Source: Balanoglossus misakiensis (lineage: Eukaryota > Animalia > Hemichordata). Taken from it: 64,000 nt of DNA. The position numbers and the translations under genes were made by a program. The first letter of the stretch is position 1. Each line of letters opens with the position of its first letter. Positions 21,939 to 35,200 of the stretch are shown piece by piece. The notes below the pieces were generated by a model. The model did no database searches. It was not told the origin of the DNA and was given only the letters and a program-made list of their open reading frames with translations. The DNA is taken from assembly GCA_040954595.2 (NCBI GenBank), contig CM082596.2, positions 3,341,025 to 3,405,024 on the forward strand, given 5' to 3'.

Positions 21939-23211
21939 CCCTCCCTGCAAAAGTCATGTCTCAAGAAGATCCTTGCCAACTGTTTGGGAGGGGTTGCGGA
22001 GTGTAGGGGGAGTGGAACTGTTTCGTCTGTCAATGTGCATCCGTTGCCATTTGTTGGTTATCGTGATTTAATAGTGTTCCATGCATTGATATGCTACGCT
22101 AGTAATACATGTAATCTTCCCATGTTACATGTACCAACAGTGTTCCTTTGTGCGTATCAGACATTCAGTTCACCAATATTTGTGAAAAATGGCTTGCATT
22201 TTTCATACAGTTATCGTCAGGTTGGATAATCCAGATCTGAGTCGATTTTTAGGGGGGGACTTTCAACATTTCCAGGTCAGTGTTTTCTAGCAATGTCATA
22301 AACTATTTGTGTGTGGGGGTTCAAACTTTTTTACTTTGTCATGAAATTTGATCAGCATGGACTAATACTTTCCCTAGGGACCCTAAATTGGATGCTTGAT
22401 AATTAAAAGTAGTTTTCAAAATTTTTTTTATCATCTGTAACAAAATATTTTCATACACTCAGTGGTTCAAACAGTATATGACAAAGCAGCATTGAAAACA
22501 TAATTGCATTCTTGAAATGGAGCTTGTCGATAAAAGTCGCAAGCGTAATTGGCCATCAATCAAGCAATGAACTGTGACAGAGTTGTGCAGGTGGATTGCG
22601 TACACTACAAATAACGCCAAAACATTCCAACATTAAAGGCACTGAGTTGTCTACCTCGGTGTAGTTGAATTTCTTTTGATACATTTGTTTGTGTTGCTGA
22701 GAGAGCCAGACTATGATGTGATGGTTTATGTAACCATGACTTGGATTTGCTTTTGATGACAAGAGATGTCATATTCTAAACAACAGGAGTAATGGTTTTA
22801 ACATGAGAAGTAACTGCTTCAGCATTAAAAAAATAAACAATTGTCGTTCTTGTTAAAGTATCATGAAAAAACGCAATATGTGTACATCGAACTTAGATAT
22901 CCTTGGAATACCATTTTCTCCTTGTGCCATTTTGTACAAGAAGTCTCAATGGATGAGTGTTGCCCAACATTTTACTGGACTCCCCGGGGAAATATCTCAT
23001 AAAATGTGGTATTCAAAAGAGAGTAATTGAAACAAGCTAAAATAATAGACTTTTTCACGCACAATGGATCTTCAATGGATGTACATTTGTAATTGCTGTT
23101 TACTTTAGGCTATAATTTCTCATCAAGTCACGTAGTCATCTCTGCCCTGTTTCTGAGAAGAACAGCTCAGCAAGTGTCTGTGTTAAATTCAGAGTAGCCG
23201 CAGTTACAAAT

Positions 23212-26200
23212 ATGGGGTGCAGCCAGTTGGTTATTTGGCTGCTGATGCTTGTTCACCTGGTGAAATCACAAAGCTCTGGTGAGTTCTTTATTTTGATTTT
23301 GTATGAGTTAAGTGATGAAAGGTCTATAGTGGCAGGTTTTCCCCAGGAAAGCTACTTCTCTGTCGTTAGTACTTCGTGTTTGGTACGTCTGATTATGCGT
23401 TGTCAGGTGTGGTTGTGTATAGTGAGTGTGCCATGGTAGAAGTCTTGAGCGGTGATACTATGTGTATTTTGCTTGTTGTATTTTTTTTCAGTTTGTCCTG
23501 ACGGCTGGTTGCCAGCAGAAGCGAATGACACATGTTATTTGTTCAGCAATGTGACCAACACATACAAGAATTCGGGTTCGGATTGTACGAACTTTGCATC
23601 CTCTATTGTGATCCTGGAAACGCAGGAGAAACGGGATGCACTCAGAACAGTGATGGAACGGGAGAACAAGACAGGCGTCTGGATAATCGGCTTAGAGTAT
23701 AATGTCAGTTTACGTTGTTTTTTTTCTGTTGATCTTGCTAGCATAAGACTGTCAAGTGTAATAGAATGCCATGACTTTGTGCTGATCTTTCTCTACATTT
23801 CTCAGGCTCTCGTACAATGTTCTTTTTTTTTACATTGTCATGTCAACCACAGAGCATAGATGCATTCAGAAATTCAGAGATATTGATGCAGATAGTGATA
23901 TACGATCATACGAAAATTAAACGTTGTGTAAGAATTGCCTTTCTTAATATTGCGGAAATTTCCTGTTGGAAGAATTTTCCCGTTATACAGCTTGCAAACC
24001 CCTTTTCTGAAGCACCTGTACTTGATATCTGAGGATAATCGAAAACCCACCTGTGTTCAAACTGCTGAGCGTGCATAAAAGCTTCTCTAGGACATTTACC
24101 CCCTGATCAATCACTCAATGGCTGCTATTCCTAACTTAATGATATGGAATGTCCATTTTATTTTCAGGATGTGTGGACCTGGGCCGGCTCGTCAACAATA
24201 CCATCACTAAATGAATTACCATGGGTTTCTTTCCCTACAAGTCCGCGACGTAGGACCTGCGCTGCTATACGCTCTGATGATATGCTGTGGCGTATGGTTA
24301 AATGGACTGTTGAAAATCACTTTATATGTGAAAAGAGTCCAGGTATGTGTGAGGATTAATGTCCATTCTCAGCCATGTCTTTTTCATAGATCTGTCCATG
24401 AAATTGCAATAAAACAGAGATTGATGAGACAAAGATTTATTTTCACCCACACAGATTCGGGAGCCGTTTCAACCACCCCTTCAGAAACGACAAAGGCGAC
24501 TCTACCGACTGTCTTACCAGACGTGACAAGCCCAGCAACAACCTGCTCTCCACCAACGAATTCCAGACAGCAAAGGTGCTCGCTGGAAATATTCTTGAAG
24601 CGGGCAAATGACGCTGTACAGGGCGAGACTTACTCCGGTCATAATGCCAAGTTGAAGGTTCCACACAACACGAATGTAAAAATTGTCTGTGGAAGTGGTT
24701 TTCGGCACGAGGGTAATATTTCTCATGCTACATGCAATGATGGAACATGGGCACTAGCTCCACTGGAATGCAAAGGTAATGTAATCTCAATCATTGATAA
24801 GCTTGTAAGGTAGTGCATGTCTGGGGAGAGATCTTCAGAAAAATGATACCCCTCCAATCCTTTGAATTCTTTTGTGTATCAAACTGCTAAATGCCTAATT
24901 TTCTATTTTCAGACATTAACGAGTGTGACTTGGAGACGTTTGAGAGTCCGTGTGATTACAACGAACGATGCATCAACACTGTTGGGAGCTTCCAGTGTGT
25001 CTGTAAAACTGACTTTGTCCGACAGACTGAGACTGGACTGTGTGTTCCCGATCTACCACAAGGAAATGAGGAACTAGCAAATTCAGGTAAATTTAATTAT
25101 TACAGCTGCCTTTAATCTAAATTCGGTCATCATTCGAGAACAAACTTGTCAGCCAAAAGAGAATTAAAAGTGATGTCGCCATACTGTGAATAAGATGATA
25201 CAGTCAGGTGTTCAGTTGCATATACCAGTGGTACTGAACAGGGCATGTCTCGTAAATTTGAAGGAAATGTGGTTTTTCGGATATTAAATGTCATATCTCG
25301 TTTTTCATTAAATTATAGGCGAGTTCTGCAAACAGGAACAGGATTCAGTTTGGGATCTTGAATGGAGTCAGACTCCAGCAAACGAGTACACTCAATGGAA
25401 GACTTGTTCTAACTCCAATGGCAGGCAAGGTACACTGAGAAATACAAATTTTTAATTTTTTTTCAAATGAAGTACATGTACGGTGCTGTAACCTCAGCAT
25501 CGTAAATATTCTGCATGCACTTCATTAATGAGTGTTTTATTTGCATTAGGATGCTGACATAAAAAACAACTTGTCATTTTGGGAGAATGTTTCAGCCTTG
25601 TTTTATCCAGATTTCTTCCGCTTGTTCTATTCAAATGTGTGCATCTTCTATTTTGGGTTCTGAGAGTGAACATACGAAATATTAAAGAGTGAATTTCCAT
25701 CTTAGGTATCATCAGAAGATTCTGTGACGAGGAGGGTAATTGGGAGGCGTCCGACACAACGTTCTGTACAAGTGATGTCATGAATGAACTGGAGAAGATT
25801 TTAGATGTAAGTCACCAGTGACTTTCATTGTTGATTAGTTAATGTCACTTATGAAGATGATGAAAAAGAGAATAGTAACTTTACAGACTTTTGAATGAAG
25901 TGCCCATGAGAACCTCATACGTTCTTCTTACAGGGAGGCGTTCTAACCGACATTGGTGAGTCGACAGCACTTCTAGAAACGGTGATCCATTTCCTTCAAG
26001 GTGAGGAGGCAGTGACTGGCGGCGATGTCATTGTGGTCCGAAACGTCTTGACTACCATCGCCGGTGCCGAGTTATTACTCGGGGGAAGAAATGGGACCGA
26101 AGACGACATATTGCTTCTGCTTATTAAGGTACCACACTGCTTGATTATCTACATTGCCAAATTCCCCATTGGGCCTGAGATACAATGCCATGCTGCCCAG

Positions 26201-29200
26201 GAGCACTGCCTGGGTGTGTGTGTGTGTTTATGTTCATCATAAATACCGTCTTCATTCAGCATTACCCTGTTTTTCATGTAGGATTCATAGATTTACTGGT
26301 ATATGTAGAAATAGTAGGCTGCCTCAACAGTGACTGATTCAGCACAGATCAATTAAAATAAAACTTTTTTTTCTCTATTTAGAAATTTCTTGAGGCAAGC
26401 AGCAATACTCTAGACACGGATTTGGAAGTTCAATGGTGGCACACATATAAGGTAGATTTATTCATATAATTTTGCATTTATGTTAAGATTATATTCAACT
26501 TCAAAAATTCAAAAAGCATGGTCTCTTGTCAATCTAATTAGAATTGTTTCTTATTTGGCAGAATTTTGGATCCAGTGGCTGTGCCGCATCTGTTCTCGCT
26601 GCCATGGAAAACTTCGGAAGCACAGTGTATGCCTACATGCTGCAAACTGGCAAAGACCTGTTTCTGCAAAGTAAAAACGTTGGTAAGTGTCTGTTTAGAA
26701 ACTGAAAAAAAAATTGTGAAAACTAATCAAAAGACGCAAATGCTAAAACCCATCAGGGTGTAAACTATACAAAAGGGTTCAACTAATTACGGTGAGAAAA
26801 TTCATTAATCAATACATTAGTACACAAATTAACTGGCAGACAATTTGATTTGCAGCTTTGTTGATTTATTATGCTGTACTAATGAAGGAGGAATCACTTG
26901 ATATACAAGTATTTAATACATTCTAAATGACATTATTTATCCTGTATAGTGCATAACAATGGCCGTTGCTGATGTACAGGTTTTGTTGAGAGGCTGACGA
27001 CTAGACACATAAAGCTATCCAGAGTACCGTAGAGAGTTGGGAGAAAAGTACCTGAAAAAATATCCAGAAGTTAAGGGTCACTTGGGCTTTAACAGATCTT
27101 TTTATTATTTTATCACATCAAGATCTGGGTGGATACTTTGTGGACCATGCAGGCGATGGTCAGAAGAGGAGGAGAAAGCGAACTGTGACAACTAACAACA
27201 CAATGCTGTCACGTGACACTGCAACACTGTCACGAACATTCCTGAGTCAATTCCCAACGAACGGAACTGGTGAGAAGCCTTCCAAAGTACATTACAGAGA
27301 AACTGGCATGGCACAGTGCTTTAATAGTAGATCACTGTTCACAACTTTTCTAGTTAGTGGTCGACTTTTACCTGGCTATCTCACAATGACTTGCAATCAC
27401 TGTTAAGTACATTTGAGTGTAACTGATGTACTTGCATGTTCTTCACATTCAAATGGTGATTCGTGGTGGTTTATGTTGACATTCATGACAAGTTTTCATT
27501 TTTACAGAACTACCGGTTGCTCTGGTGATATTCGCAACTCGCAATGCAGGGGTGGTGCTTCCGGCAGATTTTAAACAGAAGGAGGTTCAACGAACTTGGG
27601 TGTCAAGTATCACTGCCACAAAGATCATCAAAGAAGTCAACACAGTCGCACTGGCCACATCTGTCCATCCCAAGCTTGGTGGTCTTTTGTACATCTTGGA
27701 TGACTTAGTCGTGATGAAATTGTATGAGATACAGGCAAGTATGCACTTAGTAACATCGTGTTATGAAGTGTTTGATTTTTCCAGTTTCTAAAAATGTATA
27801 AACCAAACATTGAAACCTATCAAATATAAACAGTGTAAATGTAGCATTTCATAGAAATACATGTAGTACAATATGATGAATTTTTACTTTTTTGTTTCAG
27901 GAAGCATACAACCCACGTTGCTCCTTAGCATATATTGGATCTAGTAGCGGGTGAGTGTATATCCATTTTCCAGATGGCAAAGACAATCTGGTCTAATCTA
28001 TACATCAATTTTGCTAATGCTATGTAACATTTCATCTCTTAGACTTCCAATGAGGATTTTACATGATTGAGTAGACTGTGCATTGTAGTAACTTGGAAGT
28101 TCTCATGTTATCTTTCAAAATAAAACTGATTTAAACACCAACATTATAATTACTAGTAACCCTATTCTTTTTTTTTCTCTCCAGTGTATGGGATACATCT
28201 AGATGCCGATTTCTTAGACATGGAGTGGATGAATTTGGGAAGTATGTGGAATGTAGTTGCAGCAAAGTGGGAATTTCCTGTGCCGTCATGAGTCTGGGCA
28301 AACAGCCAGTGGTGAGTTTCAGTTATCATAGCCTTTAGGATGCATGAGGCTCTATATTTTTGTAATTCGGTAATCTTGATTCAAACCCAGCTGCAATAGG
28401 TGTAACCAGGAAATCGAATGCACCATGGTACAAGCAAAACTGGTAGTAAAAATGGTCTTATTTATGTGTACCACTATCATGAATGATCCCGCATCTAGTT
28501 TCCATTTCTGCAGCCTGGACACTTTTTTTTAATTCTCTGTTCTTCATTCCTCCATTGAGTGAGGGGCTTGTAGTGCACAAACACATTACACAAAAACCCT
28601 CAGGAATTGTCCATTTTCTCCAAATTTACAGCCTTTCCTTGAAGCTGCTGAGAAAGTTGTCATGATGATATATAGTGCCATTGCAGCTTTGCTGATCATC
28701 GTAGCACTGGGATTTATTTCGTATGCAAGGTACGGTTTTTGAAATTGTCTCTTGTGTTGCACATCACACATGCAGTTGCCTTGCTCTTACCGGTACTGGG
28801 TCCTCCTGAGTGACTTGTAACTTCTGGCTCTGCTTTTCTCAACAGATTATCATCTGATCGGTACTTTGTGTTGGGTCAAGCAATGCTGTCTTTAGCCTTG
28901 TTTCCAATGTTGATATGCGCGGCTGCAGCAACTTTACAGTTCAAGGAGAACAGGCAGGTATGTTGAATAAGGATCGGAGCATCTACATATACATTGACAT
29001 ATTGAGTTAATGCACTTGTATACACATATTGACGGGCCATGGGGGCAACAGCATACGTCTGTTTCCTCAAAGGACTGGAAACAAACTGTTTTGGGACAGC
29101 TCACTCACCAGAGGGGAAAAAATATATGCTGTTTAAAGTACCTGAATATGACCAGTTAATATCCATTTCTTTCTTTATCAGGACATTTGTCAAGTTTTGG

Positions 29201-32200
29201 CCGTGATCGTCAACTACTGCTTGCTGAGTAACTGTTGTTGGATGATGAACTTGAACATTCAACAGCTACTGCGTCTGTTGCTCATTGATCGGAGAAATCT
29301 TGTCAGGTATGTGCCTATCAACATGAATGTGGAATTTCTGGTGATATCATGTTTAATAGTACATGTATGTTATCACAACTTTGAGCTGCTCATTTTATTC
29401 TCAGGGTGATGTATGTGCTGACAGGATGGTTGATGCCATTGCTTGTGGTGATCTGCTTACATGCAAATCAGGCTCCAGCTCATGAAGACATTGCAAGGTA
29501 ACATTTAGTGAAGTTGTTGTTTTCTGAAACTTTACAGTGGAAAGTGACGTGTTTGTGGGCATGGCTAGGTAAATTTGATATTAAACACACAAAACAGTTA
29601 CAACTCAAGTCAGATGTTTCATTTACACACGGTCAGCTATTGTTTCCAAGTGTTTTCCTCACAAAGACTGCAAAACAGTGGTGCAGTAATATCTCAATTT
29701 TTGTACCCAGAAAAGACAATCCTTTTGTGTCATTATTCAACACCAGACAGTGCCCCCAATGTCTTTCATTACTAATTAAGCAGACTGTTACAAAAATTAT
29801 TTTTCTTGAGATTCACAAATATTCATGTGACCTGTTAAGTACCTATAGTGTATGTTCCTTATTTTTAGTTGCTGGTTGATTAAATCAACTTCTGGCCTGG
29901 AGGTGTCCATCACAATCAAATTACTGATCATGTTGGTAAGATACTTTTCATACATTTGTACCTTTATTTGTAGAACGATGTGCAATTGATGGAAACATTT
30001 ACGTAAGCGCAGACTGTTTCTGTTGTTGTAGGAGCCAGACCATATAATCTTCGCATTGGTGCGGTATTGATTTTATTCTTTTCAGATAACCATAGGGATT
30101 GTTTGTTACAACTACTGGTACTTTTTCGCCGTTTATGTGCAAATTGGTAACCTTAAGGAAAGTAAGAAACTATGGTAAGAATTTCAGCAGACCCCTTCCA
30201 TGACCAATCTTTTCAAGTACGAAATAATCTAATAGTGCCAAGTCTGAGCCAAATAAAAATGGAGCCACATACAAATTTTATATATATACTCTACTTTTAT
30301 GCAATTCCTTTATTGTGCACTGTCTCCACTGCTGCTTGTGTTTTTTGTTTCTACAGGGAAGATGTATTTTTGACGATGCTGATAACTGGGACGTTTTGCA
30401 CAGTTCGAGTATTTGGGTACATAACGGCGCTCACTGATTCCTTGTATGAAAGCTACTTCTTCACCCTTGTCATGTTCTCTGAGGTACGTGTGTTCACGGT
30501 TTATTCACATCTGTTCATTTATATGCTGTCTGACATTTTTCAGAAAATGTGTGAATCGTCAATTGAAACAATTCACTTGTATTCAATAAGTACCCTTTGA
30601 GTCAATAACCTTTATCTGTTTTTTTTTTTTATTTCAGGGATCCATCATTTTCCTGTCATTTTTTGCAGTTAATCGTGAGGTACCCTGTAATAAATCTGTT
30701 AAATTACCTTTTTCATGTAAATGGACATGAACACTGAGTTGCACAAATATATACAGAAAGGAGTAGTTATTGATTCTAAAAAGGAGTTAGCTCTTTTGTA
30801 CAATAAGATGTTATTTTAAAGGTACACAGTCACTTCCAATTTACATAAATGGTAAAAATGACGTATCTGACTATTCTTATTTATCAAGAATTCTTGCGCG
30901 TGCCACCAGCTGAAAATCTGTGATTGGCTAGATCTCAATTTGTCATGGTAACTGTTAGGTGACTTTAATAGTCAGAAAATAATTTGTCTTAACTCATATC
31001 GTATGTTGGCAGGTCCTTGTTGCTGTAAGGACTCGTGCCTTGGGGGACAAAGATGAAAAAGAGGCTCTAAGGAGTGTACAGGTTCGTGAACAGAAGATGA
31101 TGACCGAACGGAGAGGAATGATTTTAAAAGAAACAAGCAGACGTGTACAGGAGGCCAGGGAACATCAAAGGCAAGCTGAAAAATCAAACAGAATAGAGGA
31201 TCTTTTTCAGGCCGTGAGTATTGTTTTTAACTTAACAAAATTTTCAAAGTATCATGTGATTTAAAATTGAGAATCAAAATTGAGTGTAGCCATGTAAAAT
31301 TTTGAACAAGAGAGCTAAAATATCACAAAATTAGAGTTTGAGTTGTGAATACCAGATGGTGAAAATCCTATTTCTTTTTTTTTTCTCAAAAGGATTACTC
31401 AAACATACACTTTAATATAAACATAGAATGAAGACATTGGGCATTTTTCTGAAAATCTGTCCAGTATGGGCATACTAATGACAAATTCTTGACTTTTGTG
31501 AATTTTGGCCACCTTCAGCATTTGCATGTTATATTCATGGATTTAAGCTCACTCATGCCTAAAAAATGACAAATTCTTGACTTTTGTGAATTTTGGTCAC
31601 CTTCAGCATTTTCATGTTATATTCGTGGATTTAAGCTCATTCATGCCTAAAATATGACAAATTCTTGACACGGAAACCTAGAAGGTACGCTGTTGAAAGC
31701 GATGGGGAAACTGTCGCCGAGCCCAGGAGAAAATGTGCCAGCAGAGGCAGGCCACAGAAATACCCTGACTACGTTGTGGCAGTTAACATGGAAAGAGATA
31801 CGCCGGCAGATAATCAGGGTGAAAGTCAAGGCCAACAAAGTGAAGTCAAACCTAGAAAGCGTGGCCGCCCACGAAAGCATGTTCTCTCCACACAAGATGA
31901 AATGGACGATGAGAAGACTGTGCGCAGTGACAACACAATCATAAGGAATCTGTATGTCTGTAAGGACTGTAACCTGTCTTTTTCTTCGGTGGCCAATCTG
32001 CAGACACACTTCAACAAGCATTCTGGCGTGAAGCCTCACACTTGTGATGTGTGCGACAAAAAATTCCTGCATTACAACAGTCTACGAGTGCACAGGCTGA
32101 CTCACACGGGCGAAAAAGCCTTTGCGTGTGACAAATGCGAGAAAACCTTCGCACTGGCCAACACGTTGAGGGATCACATGAAAACGCATACCAAAGAGCG

Positions 32201-35200
32201 CCCCCACAAGTGCAAGATCTGCCTGAAGGGATTTACGCAAAGGGGAAGCTTGCACGCGCACATGCGACTTCATACGGGCGAAAAACCTTTTGAATGTAAC
32301 GAGTGTGGGAAGAAATTTGCTCAGGCCAATGGTCTCAGGACGCATGTGATGTCACATACAGGGGCCAAACCTTACAAGTGTACAGTATGTGACAAAGCCT
32401 TTAATTCTGCCTTCAGACTGAAGTGCCACAAGGCCGTGCATGAGGACAAGTTGCCGTACCCCTGACTGTGTCGTGGCAAAGGTGAATAGCAATGAGGGCG
32501 TTCAGCAAATGACTGGAGAGGCAGAACAAGAAAGGGAAGTTTTCCGAGTGGAATCAGCCGCAGAAGCCACTGCAGGTAGTGATTTGATAGACCTGTGCCT
32601 GTGGGAGGAGTCACACGAGCTAATACCGACCGTCATGGAAATCATGTCGCCAGGCGTCAGTGGAGAAGGCAGGCCTCAGCAGGAGAAAGTGGCAAAGAAG
32701 TCTGCAGAAGAGGACGATGATAACGACGGCTCCTCTGTCAGCAATGAGGAGCGGCTTTCGAGGAAGTTGATGTCAAGGAGCAGCAAAGGGAGACGGAAGG
32801 CCAGGAAACCTAGAAGGTACGCTGTTGAAAGCGATGGGGAAACTCTCGCCGAGCCCAGGAGAAAATGTGCCGGCCGAGGCAGGCCACAGAAATACCCTGA
32901 CTGCGTTGTGGCAGTTAACATGGAACGAGATACGCCGGCAGCTAGTCAGGGTGAAAGTCAAGGCCAACAAAGTGAAGTCAAACCTAGAAAGCGTGGTCGC
33001 AACAGGCATTCTGGCGTGAAGCCTCACTCCTGTGATGTCTGTGACAAAAAATTCCGGCATTACAACAGTCTACGGGTGCACAGGCTAACTCACACGGGAA
33101 ACTGTCGCCGAGCCCAGGAGAAAATGTGCCGGCAGAGGCAGGCCACAGAAATACCCTGACTGCGTTGTGGCAGTTAACATGGAACAAGATACGCCGTCAG
33201 CTAGTCAGGGTGAAAGTCAAGACCAACAAAGTGAAGTCAAACCTAGAAAGCGTGGCCGCCCACGAAAGCATGTTCTCTCCACACAAGATGAAATTGACGA
33301 TGAGAAGACTGTGCGCAGTGACAACACAATCATAAGGAATCTGTATGTCTGTAAGGACTGTAACCTGTCTTTTTCTTCGGTGGCCAATCTGCAGACACAC
33401 TTCAACATGCATTCTGGCGTGAAGCCTCACTCCTGTGATGTGTGCGACAAAAAATTCCGGCATTACAACAGTCTACGGGTGCACAGGCTAACTCACACGG
33501 GCGAAAAAGCCTTTGCATGTGACATATGCGACAAAACCTTCGCTAAAATTCTCAAATCCCCCCCCCCCCCCATTTTCTTTCACACAGCAAAACACATCAC
33601 CTATCTATCTTGTAAAAAAGAAAAACAGCGCTCCCATGAAAAGAATTTGAAACTGATGTTTCCCCTTATCAGTGGGTATTAAAACTGAACATGTATATGT
33701 ATTTTGGCGTTGGTATGTACCACGTCCTTGTCCACCTCTTCTGATGAAAGGCATGCCTCTGTATCTGGGACCTCTACTATAGGGTGACCCACGGTAAGTA
33801 CTAATCCTAGTTCCAGCCTTGTTTATTTCCTGAATGTCTTTCAATCGCTTGGTGACATCTTCACCAAATAAATCATCAGTAAACGGCACAGACGATGAGC
33901 ATAAATGGCCATAATCGTGCTTCACATCATTCCTCATAACATCCCGTCTGCGCATATTGAACAAATGATTTGTATGTCCTAGCAGAGCTAAGGCATCCGT
34001 ACCAAGATCCAACATTTTGTGACTTTCCTCAGTTTTGGTCTTCTTTGCCAACAAGTCCACCAACTGTACAACAATTGCAGACCCTTTAACTAGGGCTGCC
34101 TGGACGGGCTTGAAATTTTGCTGCTCGGGCTTTTCCCGCTCACTAGTGGCTGTGACGTCATCGTTTTTAGGTTTCACAAACTTCATCACCTCGGAAATTT
34201 GGTGGGAAATCTCTCTTACTTGAGATGTCACAGAGTCCAACTGCTGTTGCACTTTCGGGTCAGTCCCGGAACGCTTACTTGTAATTTTCTTGCGTGTCAT
34301 TACGTTGTAAGCTGGCTGTTTGGGGCGGCTGTGCCGTCGGGCAACTGTATCCATTTCTGCTCGTTCTGCTACAGTTCCCGCCTCGAGTTCTGCGAAGGTA
34401 TCTTCAACTTCTGATGTGGGTTGAGCCGATTCGGCCATTTCGACGAAAATTAAAACCAAGGAGAACTGAAGTGCTGTGGATACCGGTACCGAATCAGCAA
34501 TATCAAAGTCCGAAAGCTTTTAAATATCTCAGTATCAAAACCGGACAGGAGCTCGCTCCGAGAGAGGCACTGCTGACCCAAGAAAGAGTGCAAAGACTGA
34601 GCATGCGCCGAATATTGAAGGAGGGGCTCCCTAGCTAAGTCAAGGTGTAATTAACCCTAATGACACACATTATTAATTAACAAATGGCTGCCGTACCACC
34701 ATCCGGTGCAGGTGTCTTGGGTTTCTGCACTTTCCCTTTCACTCTACCAGCAGCGGCTGCCAGACTTTTATCTATCACACTGACTACTACTAGTGGTAGC
34801 GATATCCGCCCCAGTCTTATCCTCCTTTGCTGCCATCAGAAGTCTTAGTAACAAAACGACCACGTCGTTCGTTCTAGTTCGTATGACCTTCCGACACGTA
34901 GTCGTATTCAAAGTAACCACGTTACTTCCGATAGTCAAAAACCGAGCTACGCTCCGGTTTATAGAATATATTTTACAATCTGAAGCAACTCCGTTACTTC
35001 TATGATAAAACGAGCCACGCTACGTTTACAATGAACTAACATACGACGTGCTGAGAGTAAGACCACAATGAACGCATACACAATACGTAACGTCTTACCT
35101 CGATCATGGACGTAAAAAGGATTACTCAAACATACACTTAAATATAAACATAGAATGAAAACATTGGGCATTTTTCTGAAAATCTGTCCAGTATGGGCAT

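Noticed and set aside
30866-30976. 10-bp inverted repeat TCTGACTATT/AATAGTCAGA in a GPCR intron
   Set aside because: Could be a small MITE, but it is too short to call.
31665-33682. ORFs of 266, 239 and 171 aa as independent zinc-finger genes
   Set aside because: They lack the upstream exons, end at rearrangement junctions and sit inside an intronic insertion; treated as pseudogenic fragments.
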